This document shows, one piece after another, positions 39,008 through 47,669 of a stretch of 63,513 bases of DNA. The first letter of the stretch is position 1. Each line of letters starts with the position of its first letter. A program made the translations under genes and the position numbers. The notes beneath the pieces are model-generated. The model saw only the letters and a program-made list of their open reading frames with translations, had not been told where the DNA came from and made no database searches. The stretch is from Thermoanaerobaculia bacterium (lineage in GTDB: Bacteria > Acidobacteriota > Thermoanaerobaculia > UBA5066), in contig JBBRRY010000023.1 in the NCBI GenBank assembly GCA_038245905.1, forward strand, positions 1-63,513, read 5' to 3'.

Positions 39008-39903
39008 ACTTCCTGGCCCTCGGTTCGCCGATTCCGGGGGCGATGGGGTCCTGGCTCGACGCGCGTCTCGCGCCGGGCCTCGTCTTCGCGCTCCCGCTCG
39101 GCCTCGCCGGCATCGCGCTTCTCCGATTCGGCCTCCTGCCGCGCCTCGGGAGATTCGTTCCGCCAAGACGCGAAGGGTCCGGGAGGGCGTTTTTCGCAGG
39201 CCTCCTGGCCGCGTTCGCGCTCCTTCTCGCAACCCTCGTTCCGCCCGCCGTGTTCGGCGCTTTCAGGCCCGGGACGCCCGGCTATGAGCCATTCGTCCCG
39301 GTGCGTGGCCCCGCAGCCTGGGTGTCGGCCCCTTCCACGTTCGGTTTTTTCGCGCTGCAGAGCCTGACGGAGGAGCTCCTCTTCCGGGCTCTCTTCCTCA
39401 CGCTCCTCGCCGCCGTCAGTCTGATTTTCGCCCGGCTCCTCTTCGGGCCGCTCCCGCCCGCCGACGAGCCGCTGCGGGCGCGGCAGGCCGGGCGGCGCTG
39501 GCTTTTCGCCGGGCTCGTCGCAAACGCCGTCCAGGCGCTCGCGTTCGCACTGCTGCATGCGAGGAACCCAAACGCCACGCCGCTCGCGCTCCTGAACATC
39601 GGACTCGCGGGCGCCGTCCTCGGCTGGCTCTACTGGGGCGAGGGCGGCGTACTGGGATGCTGGACCTTCCACGTTCTCTGGAATTTCACGCTTGCGGCCC
39701 TCGCGCTCCCCGTGAGCGGCATGACGTTCGGGCCTCCGCTCCTCTCGACCGGCATTGCCGGCGCCGCGATCCCCCTCCTGAGCGGCGGCGCCTTCGGACC
39801 GGAGGGGTCGCTTCTTAGTACCGTCGCCCTCGCATCCGTTCTCGCCCTTCTGATTCGCCGAAGCACACGCAGGCTTTCGAGCGAGTATGCTGCGGGGAGA
39901 TGA
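39004..39903 (+). CDS. CPBP/Abi family intramembrane glutamic metalloprotease
   Basis: EELLFR, FALLH..NP, HVLWNF, GGAFGPEGS; multiple TMs. Confidence 0.88.
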   Translation: MNFLALGSPIPGAMGSWLDARLAPGLVFALPLGLAGIALLRFGLLPRLGRFVPPRREGSGRAFFAGLLAAFALLLATLVPPAVFGAFRPGTPGYEPFVPVRGPAAWVSAPSTFGFFALQSLTEELLFRALFLTLLAAVSLIFARLLFGPLPPADEPLRARQAGRRWLFAGLVANAVQALAFALLHARNPNATPLALLNIGLAGAVLGWLYWGEGGVLGCWTFHVLWNFTLAALALPVSGMTFGPPLLSTGIAGAAIPLLSGGAFGPEGSLLSTVALASVLALLIRRSTRRLSSEYAAGR

Positions 39904-40130
39904 ACGGCGGCCGACAACTCTTCACGTGCCCGACCTGTCGCAAGTGCTTCTTCTACTGGGTCCCCGAAACGACGGCCCAGCCCAAAGTGAAGTGTTACTT
40001 CTGCAACGCGGAGGCCTTTCCGAATGGCGAGCCTCCCCCGGCACCGGCGCCGCCCCCCGTGGCCCCCGTGGTTCCCGCGCCACCCGCGGCCGCTCCGCCC
40101 GTCGAAGGGACCCCGCCTCCGGCCAGCTAA
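39900..40130 (+). CDS. small zinc-ribbon protein with Pro-rich tail
   Basis: CPTC...CYFC pairs; ATGA overlap with the upstream gene and 9-nt gap to the downstream gene. Confidence 0.7.
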   Translation: MNGGRQLFTCPTCRKCFFYWVPETTAQPKVKCYFCNAEAFPNGEPPPAPAPPPVAPVVPAPPAAAPPVEGTPPPAS

Positions 40131-40139
40131 GGACCCGAC

Positions 40140-40808
40140 GTGAGCGCCGCGCTGGAGCCCCTCGCCGTCGCGATCCGTAAGGGCGACACACGTGCCGTCG
40201 AAGCGCTCCTCGACGCGCATCCCTCTCTCGTGAACGCCTGCCGGCCCGATGGCTCGTCTTTCGTTCTCTACGCCGTGTATTGCGGGCACCCGAGGCTCGT
40301 GAACGTGTTCAAGGAGCGCGGCCGCGCCCTCGATCTGTTCGAGGCGACCGCCGCGGGCGACGCGCCCGCCGTGCGCGCCTTTCTGGCGGCGGATCCCGGC
40401 GCCGCGAAGACCTTCTCACCAGACGGGTTCCCCGTCCTCGGCCTCGCGGTGTTCTTCGGGCACGCAACCCTCGCGGAGCTGTTCCTCGCCGCCGGCGCGG
40501 ACCCCAATGCCGCGTCGACGAACCCGATGCGCGTTGCGCCTCTCCATTCGGCTACGACGCGGGGCGACACCGTGATGATCCGGAAGCTCCTCGAGGTGGG
40601 CGCCGACCCGAACGCGAGGCAGCAGGCCGGCTGGACGGCTCTCCACAATGCCGCGGCTCAGGGAAACCTCGAGGTCGTCCGCCTCCTCCGATCGCACGGA
40701 GCTGATCTCTCGGCCCGGACGGACGACGACAAGACCGCCGCCGACCTCGCCGCCGAGCGCGGGCACGCCGTGCTCGCCGAATCGCTCCGGAGCCAGGGAG
40801 CCACGTAA
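40140..40808 (+). CDS. ankyrin repeat protein
   Basis: DGFPVLGLAVFFGH, APLHSA, GADPN..QQAGWTALHNAA.QGN, TAADLA..RGH. Confidence 0.93.
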   Translation: MSAALEPLAVAIRKGDTRAVEALLDAHPSLVNACRPDGSSFVLYAVYCGHPRLVNVFKERGRALDLFEATAAGDAPAVRAFLAADPGAAKTFSPDGFPVLGLAVFFGHATLAELFLAAGADPNAASTNPMRVAPLHSATTRGDTVMIRKLLEVGADPNARQQAGWTALHNAAAQGNLEVVRLLRSHGADLSARTDDDKTAADLAAERGHAVLAESLRSQGAT

Positions 40809-40812
40809 GGGT

Positions 40813-42117
40813 TTAAGGCACGGCACCGCGCACCGGCAGATCGATCGAGCCGGTTCTCGGGTCCCAGAGCGGCGCGCCTTTCGGCGCGGCCGGAAGAGCG
40901 AGAGGTTTGAGAATGTAGTCATCGCGCCGGGCGTTGTGTTCGCACATCGAGACTGGTCCCTCGTCCGTCATCACCATGAACGAGCAGTTCGCGATGCGCT
41001 CGGGGTCGAGAGCGTCCGCATCCATGAAGTTCTGGATGAAGAACGTGATCTTTCCTGTCTTCCCGCGCGCCCTGAAGAGCTCCCGCCGCACCGGCCAGAG
41101 TTTCTTGAGCAGGAAGAAGCCGCCGCGGAGCGTCCAGAACGGGCGGCGCAGCATCGCCGCGATCACCCGGCGCGCCGTGGCCCTGACGTCGCGCCGGTCG
41201 AACGGGACATCCTTGAGCTCCTCGAGGAATCGCTCGTACAGCGTCTGATCAGAGAGCACGTCCACCGCACGGCCGCCGACCGTGGCGAGCATCGTCGCCT
41301 GGTGACAGTCGGGATGGCCGAGTAGCGCCGCGTCCCAGGCAAGAGCCCCTTCTCCCACGGCCTTCGAGATCCTCTCGCGAATGCCCGCGAGGCTGACCGC
41401 CGCGCCCCGCTCCTTCAGCTCGCCCCGGCCCGTGGCCGCCTGTACCTGAAAGGACGCCATACCCACGACGTCCGAGTTCTCGATGAAGAAGCGGACGAGC
41501 CCTGGAATCTCCTCGAGGTTTCCCCCGTGAACCGAGGTGTTGAAGATCACCGCGAGCTTCAGGCCACGCGCGCGCTCGATGTACTCGCGCCGGACGGCGT
41601 TCAACGCTTCCTCCGTCGGGTAGCGCTTGCGGCGCTGCGTGGTGTCCACGTGAAACGCGACATCGAAGAGACCCGCCTGTGCCAGCTCCTCGAGGAGCTC
41701 GCGCGTGGCCTTGATCCCGTTCGTGAAGAGCGACGGCCTGAGCCCGCGCTCGGAAACCCGCTTTACGATCGCGACGAGCTCGCCACGGTTCCGAAGCGTC
41801 GGGTCACCGCCCGTGACCTGGACGCTGACACCCGGACCGTAAGCCATTCGAATTCGGTCGATCCGGTCGAAAATGGTTTCGAGCGGAATGTCCTTTACGG
41901 ATTCGGAATTCTCCGAGAGATAGCAGAGCGTGCAGTCGAGGTTGCAGCGCTGCGTAATCTCGAGCGCCACGCAGCCGATCGACGAGCGGCGGCCCAGGAC
42001 CTGATTCGGAAGGCGAAATCTCGGGTCGAGCCTCTCCCAGGCGCTGGAAAGCGCCCGCCGGCGCTCTTCACGCTCCGCGTAGACCGGCAGCCCCTTCGGC
42101 GCGCGTGTCAGCGTCAT
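40813..42117 (-). CDS. radical SAM protein, COG1964/Tes-like subfamily
   Basis: EITQRCNLDCTLCY (CxxxCxxC), TGGDPT, FTNG, HPDC and C-terminal QNFMD...RIANCSF...SMCEHN. Confidence 0.88.
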   Translation of the reverse strand: MTLTRAPKGLPVYAEREERRRALSSAWERLDPRFRLPNQVLGRRSSIGCVALEITQRCNLDCTLCYLSENSESVKDIPLETIFDRIDRIRMAYGPGVSVQVTGGDPTLRNRGELVAIVKRVSERGLRPSLFTNGIKATRELLEELAQAGLFDVAFHVDTTQRRKRYPTEEALNAVRREYIERARGLKLAVIFNTSVHGGNLEEIPGLVRFFIENSDVVGMASFQVQAATGRGELKERGAAVSLAGIRERISKAVGEGALAWDAALLGHPDCHQATMLATVGGRAVDVLSDQTLYERFLEELKDVPFDRRDVRATARRVIAAMLRRPFWTLRGGFFLLKKLWPVRRELFRARGKTGKITFFIQNFMDADALDPERIANCSFMVMTDEGPVSMCEHNARRDDYILKPLALPAAPKGAPLWDPRTGSIDLPVRGAVP

Positions 42118-42267
42118 GGCTCCCCCGGGGAGAGATGGCGGAACACGCCGGGATATTCCGTTGCGAGCGCCGATCGCCTGCGTCGAAGCCCGGGGCGATC
42201 CGCCCACGGCGCGAGGGCGGTTCGACTTCAAAGGTGATACTGTCGCTCAACAGTAAAGGAGATGCAC

Positions 42268-43137
42268 ATGTTGAGGAAGACGCTCTGTCTGATCGGTTTT
42301 GTGTCTCTCGTGATCTCGGCCGGCAGCCGCGCGGCGGCGCAGGAGGCGCCCCCCGCGCCCAAGATCCTGCAGATCTATCGCGAAGAGGTGAAGCCGGGGA
42401 AGGGCCCCGCCCACGCGAAGATCGAGGCCAAGTGGGTCGCGGCCTTCGCGAAGGCGAACTTTCCGGCGCACTACCTCGCGATGACCTCGATGACCGGCCC
42501 GTCGGAAGCCTGGTTCGTCACCGGATACGACTCGCTCGCCGCCTGGGAGAAGGATACGAAGGCTGCCGAGGCGAACAAGGAGCTCACGGCCATCACGGAC
42601 GGGCTCCTGGAGAAAGACGGCGAGCTCCTCTCGGGCGGAAGCGGTCTCGTCCTCACGCACCGGGAGGACCTGAGCAACGGCCCGAACGTCGACATCTCGA
42701 AGATGCGCTACTTCCGGATCGCGACCATCCGGATCCGACCTGGCCACGAGAATGATTTCGTGGGCAGCGTGAAGATCATCAAGGACGCCTATGCGAAGGC
42801 GAAGGTCGACCTCTCGTGGGCCATCTACCAGGTGACCTTCGGGATGCCCGGGCCGACGTTCATGGTCTGGATTCCGATGCGTTCCCTCGAGGAGGTCGAC
42901 GCCGCCCGGAACTTCTCCAAGGCAATCACGGGGGCCGAAGGCGAGGAGGGTCAGAAGGCCCTTGCCAAGGCGGCGTCGGACAGCCAGAACTTCTCCACTT
43001 GGAATCTCTATTCCTTCAGTCCGACGATGAGCTATCCGTCGAAGGAGTGGGCCGCGAAGGGCGACTTCTGGGCTCCGAAGCCGGCGGCGGCCGCGAAGGC
43101 CACCAAAAAAGAGGCGAAGCCGGCCGAGAAAAAGTAG
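42268..43137 (+). CDS. secreted hypothetical protein (two NIPSNAP-like alpha/beta repeats)
   Basis: AAAGGAG RBS, signal peptide, two repeats (REEVKPGK.. / TIRIRPGH..) and a Lys/Ala tail. Confidence 0.8.
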   Translation: MLRKTLCLIGFVSLVISAGSRAAAQEAPPAPKILQIYREEVKPGKGPAHAKIEAKWVAAFAKANFPAHYLAMTSMTGPSEAWFVTGYDSLAAWEKDTKAAEANKELTAITDGLLEKDGELLSGGSGLVLTHREDLSNGPNVDISKMRYFRIATIRIRPGHENDFVGSVKIIKDAYAKAKVDLSWAIYQVTFGMPGPTFMVWIPMRSLEEVDAARNFSKAITGAEGEEGQKALAKAASDSQNFSTWNLYSFSPTMSYPSKEWAAKGDFWAPKPAAAAKATKKEAKPAEKK

Positions 43138-43155
43138 CCGCCGGCCGGCTCCGGT

Positions 43156-44823
43156 TCAGTGCTCCGCCCGGTACACGATCTCGCCGCCGACGACGGTCAT
43201 GACGACCTTCGCCTTGAGGATCTCGGCGGCGGGCGTGCCGTGCGCGAAGATCTCGCGGTCGAGGACCGTGAAGTCCGCGTCGAAGCCCGGGGCGATCCGC
43301 CCGCGGCGCTTCTCGGCGAACTCGGCGTACGCGTTGTCGGCCGTGAAGAGGCGGAGCGCCTCGGGCCTCGTCAGCGCCTCTTCCATTCGCCAGCCTCCCG
43401 GCGGCTTGCCCGTCGTCTCCTGCCGCGTGACGGCCGCATAGATCCCGAGGAGCGGCTCTTCGGACTCGACCGGGAAGTCGCTGCCGCCCGCGAGGCGGGC
43501 GCCCTTCTGGAGGAGCGTCCGCCAGGCATACGACCCCTTCGCGCGCTCCTTCCCGATGCGCGTCTCGACCCACGGCCAGTCGGACGTCGCGTGTGTCGGC
43601 TGCATGGACGCGATGACGCCGAGCTTCGCGAGGCGCTCCGCGTCGCCCGGTGCGAGGATCTGAACATGCTCGATTCGAGGCCGCGGGTCGGTGGGATGCG
43701 CAGCCCCGAGCGCTTTCTGGTAGGCATCCAGCGTGATGCGGTTCGCGCGGTCGCCGATCGCGTGCGTCCACACCTGGAAGCCACCGCGGAGAGCCTTCGC
43801 CGCCAGGCGCTCGACCTCCTCGGGCGCCGTCACGTCGAGGCCTCGATTGCCCGGCGCGTCGGCATAGTCGGCGAGAAGCGCGGCGCCGCGCGAGCCGAGG
43901 GCGCCGTCCGCGACGATCTTGAGCGCGCGGATCGTGAGCCGTCCCTCGAACACCGGACCGCGCGCGAGTGCGGCGTCGAGATCCTTCGTGCCGACGGTCG
44001 CATAGACGCGGATCGGGAGCTTCCCTTCCTTCGCGAGCTTCTCGAGAATCGCGAGGTCGAGGAGCGACGACCCCGAGGCTTCGCCAATGCCCGTCAACCC
44101 GGCCTTCGCGCAAGCCTCGAGCCCGGCGACGAAGTCCTTCCGGGCCTCGTCGGGGCCCGGCGCCGGGATCGCGCGCGTGACGAGCGCCATCGCGTTGTCG
44201 ACGAGGACGCCGGCGGGCGACCCGTCTCCGAGGCGCTCGATGCGGCCACCGGGCGGGTCCGGCGTGGCCTTCGTCACGCCCGCGGCCTTCAGCGCGGCGG
44301 CGTTGACCCAGATCGCGTGGCCGTCGACGCGGCCGAGGACGACGGGCGTTTTCGGCACGGCGGCTTCGAGGTCGGCCGCCGTCGGGAACGAGGTGTCGGA
44401 CCAGCGGTTCTGGTCCCAGGCGCGCCCACGGATCCACGTGCCGGGCGCCGCCGATGCCGACAGGGTCCTCACGCGTTGGACGACCCCTTCCCTCGAGATT
44501 CCGCGGCAGTCGATCTGGCGGCGCAGCGCGCCGAGACCGCGCACGTGGCCGTGCGCGTCCGTGAGGCCGGGGACGAGGACAGTGCCCGAGAGGTCCACGA
44601 TCTTCGCGGCGGGCGCGGCGGCGCGCGCCGTGGCCTCGTCGCCGACGAACGAGACGGTTCCACCCTTCACGAGGATGGCGGCCCGGCGGGGCGTGTCGTT
44701 CCAAGCGGTGTAGACCGACGCACCGCGGAAAATCGTCCCCGGGTCGGGAGCGGAGACCGTGTCGGCCGCGAACACTCCCGCGGGGAGCGCGACGAGAAAC
44801 GCGAGCAGGAGCTTCCTCCTCAT
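43156..44823 (-). CDS. amidohydrolase 3 family (YtcJ-like) secreted protein
   Basis: PGLTDAHGH, RVDGHA.WVN, K..ADGALGSRGA, HAIGDRAN, RIEHVQ, SMQPTH, GSDFPVE. Confidence 0.93.
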   Translation of the reverse strand: MRRKLLLAFLVALPAGVFAADTVSAPDPGTIFRGASVYTAWNDTPRRAAILVKGGTVSFVGDEATARAAAPAAKIVDLSGTVLVPGLTDAHGHVRGLGALRRQIDCRGISREGVVQRVRTLSASAAPGTWIRGRAWDQNRWSDTSFPTAADLEAAVPKTPVVLGRVDGHAIWVNAAALKAAGVTKATPDPPGGRIERLGDGSPAGVLVDNAMALVTRAIPAPGPDEARKDFVAGLEACAKAGLTGIGEASGSSLLDLAILEKLAKEGKLPIRVYATVGTKDLDAALARGPVFEGRLTIRALKIVADGALGSRGAALLADYADAPGNRGLDVTAPEEVERLAAKALRGGFQVWTHAIGDRANRITLDAYQKALGAAHPTDPRPRIEHVQILAPGDAERLAKLGVIASMQPTHATSDWPWVETRIGKERAKGSYAWRTLLQKGARLAGGSDFPVESEEPLLGIYAAVTRQETTGKPPGGWRMEEALTRPEALRLFTADNAYAEFAEKRRGRIAPGFDADFTVLDREIFAHGTPAAEILKAKVVMTVVGGEIVYRAEH

Positions 44824-46151
44824 CGCGACACCACGACGTCTCCGCCCTTCATCACGAACGACGGCCTCTCCAAAATGGTGATGTCCTTGAGCGGGTCGCC
44901 GTCGACCGCAACAAGGTCCGCGAAACGGCCCGGCGCGATCGCGCCGACCTTGTCCCACCCGAGGAGCTCGGCTGCGCTCACCGTCGCAGACTGAATCGCC
45001 TGCATCGGCGAGAGGCCGCCGGCAACCATGTACCTGAACTGGCGCGCGTTCAGGCCGTGTGGATAGACGCCCGCGTCCGTTCCGTACGCCATCTTCACGC
45101 CCGCCTTCGCGGCCTTCGCGAAATTCTCGCGCTGGAGGCGCCCGATCGAGCGCTCCTTCTCGATGATCTTTTCGGGATAGCCCATCTTCGCGAACTCCGC
45201 GAGGATCCAGTCGTCGTTGTAGACGTCCGCCACGAGGAACGTCCCTCGTTCCTTCATCATGCGAATGCCTTCGTCGTCAATGAGGCTCCCGTGCTCGATC
45301 GAGGCGACGCCGGCGGCGACGGCGCGCTTGATGGCCTCGGTCCCGTGCGCGTGCGCGGCCACCTTCCGGCCCCACATAGCGGCCTCGTCGCAGATCGCCT
45401 TCATCTCCTCGAAGGAGTACTGCGGAGCCCCGACGGACTCCTCCTCGGAAAGGACGCCGGCCGACGCGATCATCTTGATGACGTCGGCGCCGTATTTCAC
45501 GTTCTGCCGGACGAGCTTGCGCACGGCGTCGACGCCGTCCGCGACGCCCGAGAAACGCTCGAACTTGAGGTACGGCGAAAATCCAGTGAGGTCTCCGTGC
45601 CCGCCCGTCGAGCCGATCGAGAGACCGGCTACCTTCAGCCGCGGTCCGACGACTTTGCCGGCGTCGATCGCGTTGCGGAGCGCGACGTCCACGAACTCCG
45701 GGGAGCCCACGACGCGCAGCGTCGTAAATCCCGCCTCGAGCGTCCTGCGGGCGTACACGTGCGCGGCCACGGCCACGTCGATCGGCGAGCGGCGGAATCG
45801 GTCGCCGTAGTAGTCCTCGGGCTGCGACGTGACGTGGGTGTGCACGTCGATCAGCCCCGGAAGAACGGTCTTCGACGACAGATCGACGATCCGGGTGCCG
45901 GCGGGGGCCACGAGTCTCGGCCCGACCGCCTTGATGACGCCGTTCTCGATGAGGATCTCCTGACCCTTGAGGACGGTTCCTCTCGTCACGTCCACGAGTG
46001 CGCCGGCCCGGACGAGGACCACGACGGGTTTTTCGGGAGCGGCGATCTTCTCGTCGGCGAGAAGGGACCAAGGCACGAACGAGATGAGGGCGAGGGCGAA
46101 AGAGAACGCGAAGGTGGCGGCGGATCGAGAGGCGACGCTTGTCGACTTCAT
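44820..46151 (-). CDS. metal-dependent amidohydrolase (Xaa-Pro dipeptidase-like)
   Basis: PGLIDVHTH, AGFTT.R, GADVIK, AAHAHG, SIEHG, GTDAGV.PHG, ADLVAVDGDPL. Confidence 0.93.
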   Translation of the reverse strand: MKSTSVASRSAATFAFSFALALISFVPWSLLADEKIAAPEKPVVVLVRAGALVDVTRGTVLKGQEILIENGVIKAVGPRLVAPAGTRIVDLSSKTVLPGLIDVHTHVTSQPEDYYGDRFRRSPIDVAVAAHVYARRTLEAGFTTLRVVGSPEFVDVALRNAIDAGKVVGPRLKVAGLSIGSTGGHGDLTGFSPYLKFERFSGVADGVDAVRKLVRQNVKYGADVIKMIASAGVLSEEESVGAPQYSFEEMKAICDEAAMWGRKVAAHAHGTEAIKRAVAAGVASIEHGSLIDDEGIRMMKERGTFLVADVYNDDWILAEFAKMGYPEKIIEKERSIGRLQRENFAKAAKAGVKMAYGTDAGVYPHGLNARQFRYMVAGGLSPMQAIQSATVSAAELLGWDKVGAIAPGRFADLVAVDGDPLKDITILERPSFVMKGGDVVVSR

Positions 46152-46191
46152 GCACGAAAGGCTAGCAGAGGCAGCCTCTAGAATGGCGCCG

Positions 46192-47466
46192 ATGGTGCCG
46201 TCGGCGGATCCCGTCCTTCTCGGGCGCATCCAGGCGCAGATGCGGGCCGTGGCGCACCGGCAATACGAGGTGGTCCTCGTACCTCCGTTCACGCTGTTTT
46301 TTCACGCGACGGACCCGCTTCCCTTCTTCAACTATGCGATCCCCGACGCTTCCGCCGCGCCGCTCGGAGACATCGCGGCGTCTCTCGCGCGACTGCGGGC
46401 GGAATTCCACACCCGCCACCGCGTGCCTCGCTTCGAATACGTCGAAACCTGCGTACCCGCTCTCTCCCTCGCCCTCGAGGCCCACGGCTTCATCCTGGAG
46501 AACCGGGCGCAGATCATGGTGTGCGCGCGCGGAAGCGAGCGGGCCGCGCCGGCCGCGGCCGGTCTCGACGTCGAGGCGCTCGACGGAAGGACGCCGCTCC
46601 CGGAATTTGCCCTCTTCCTCGACGTCCAGCGCCGCGCTTTCGGGCTGCCGTCCCCGAGACCCGCCGCCCGCGAGGAGGCCCTCTCCCTGCGCGATTCGCT
46701 CGGTGACGGCTTCGCGCTCGTGGGCCGAATCGGGGGCCGGCCCATCGCGACGGCGATGATCCAACCGGGTGGCGACGGACTCGCGGAGCTCGTCGGGGTC
46801 GCGACAATCGCGGAGTTCCGGCGGCGGGGCATTGGCGGCGCACTTTCGTCGGAAGCCGTGCGCAAGGCCTTCGGACGAGGCGACTCGCTCGTCTTCCTTT
46901 CGGCGGCCGACGAGCGGGCGGGCCGCGTGTACGAGGCGGCGGGTTTCTCCCCCGCCGGACACTCCCGCTTCTATCGGGCGCCCGACGATCCCGAGCCGGC
47001 TATCGAGGTCCGGGAAGCCACCGAGCCGCGCCTGCTCGAGGCGGCGCGCGAGTTGATTCTCGGGCATGCCGCGGGCCTCAGCGACGTGCCGGGAGTGGCG
47101 CGGGCGCGCGCCGACGCGGCGAGCTTGCCCGGACCCTATGCCGCTCCCGACGGCGCGCTCCTCGTCGCGACCCTCGCGGGGAATCCCGCGGGCTGCGTCG
47201 CGTTCAAGAGACTCGACGGCAGGACGTGCGAGGTGAAGCGCATGTTCGTGGATCCGGCGTTTCGGAAGCGGGGCGTGGCGCGCGCGTTGATGCTCCGGCT
47301 CCTCGAAGAGGCTTCCCGCCGCAGCTACAGCCGCGTCCGCCTAGGGACGCTCAATACGATGGCGGCAGCGCAGGCCCTCTACCGCGGCCTCGGCTTCGTC
47401 GAGATACCGCGCTACCGTCCCGATGAGCACACGGACACGATGTTCTTCGAGAAGAACCTGACGTGA
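46192..47466 (+). CDS. tandem GNAT family acetyltransferase
   Basis: Two acetyl-CoA motifs (VAT..EFRRRGIG and KRMFVDPAFRKRGVA), with YE.AGF and LYR.LGF. Confidence 0.88.
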   Translation: MVPSADPVLLGRIQAQMRAVAHRQYEVVLVPPFTLFFHATDPLPFFNYAIPDASAAPLGDIAASLARLRAEFHTRHRVPRFEYVETCVPALSLALEAHGFILENRAQIMVCARGSERAAPAAAGLDVEALDGRTPLPEFALFLDVQRRAFGLPSPRPAAREEALSLRDSLGDGFALVGRIGGRPIATAMIQPGGDGLAELVGVATIAEFRRRGIGGALSSEAVRKAFGRGDSLVFLSAADERAGRVYEAAGFSPAGHSRFYRAPDDPEPAIEVREATEPRLLEAARELILGHAAGLSDVPGVARARADAASLPGPYAAPDGALLVATLAGNPAGCVAFKRLDGRTCEVKRMFVDPAFRKRGVARALMLRLLEEASRRSYSRVRLGTLNTMAAAQALYRGLGFVEIPRYRPDEHTDTMFFEKNLT

Positions 47467-47533
47467 CCCCGAGAACCCGGCTACCTTATTGCGATTGCGT
47501 CGCTACTGGGCTCGGACCGGCGAAAGGATGACC

Positions 47534-47581
47534 ATGCCCAAGTCTCGCCGGGAGTTCCTCGCTGAGGGCCGAGAGGCCTAA
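47534..47581 (+). pseudogene. N-terminal stub of a Tat-exported protein
   Basis: AAAGGA RBS plus MPKSRREFLAEGREA*: a twin-arginine SRRxFL motif followed almost at once by a stop. Confidence 0.45.
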
Positions 47582-47669
47582 AGCGCCGCGGCGCCGAGGC
47601 AGCGCCGCGTTGACCTCGCTCCGTGCCAGAATCGCCCGCCCGATGAACGTTTTTCCCTGGGGGGTTTCC

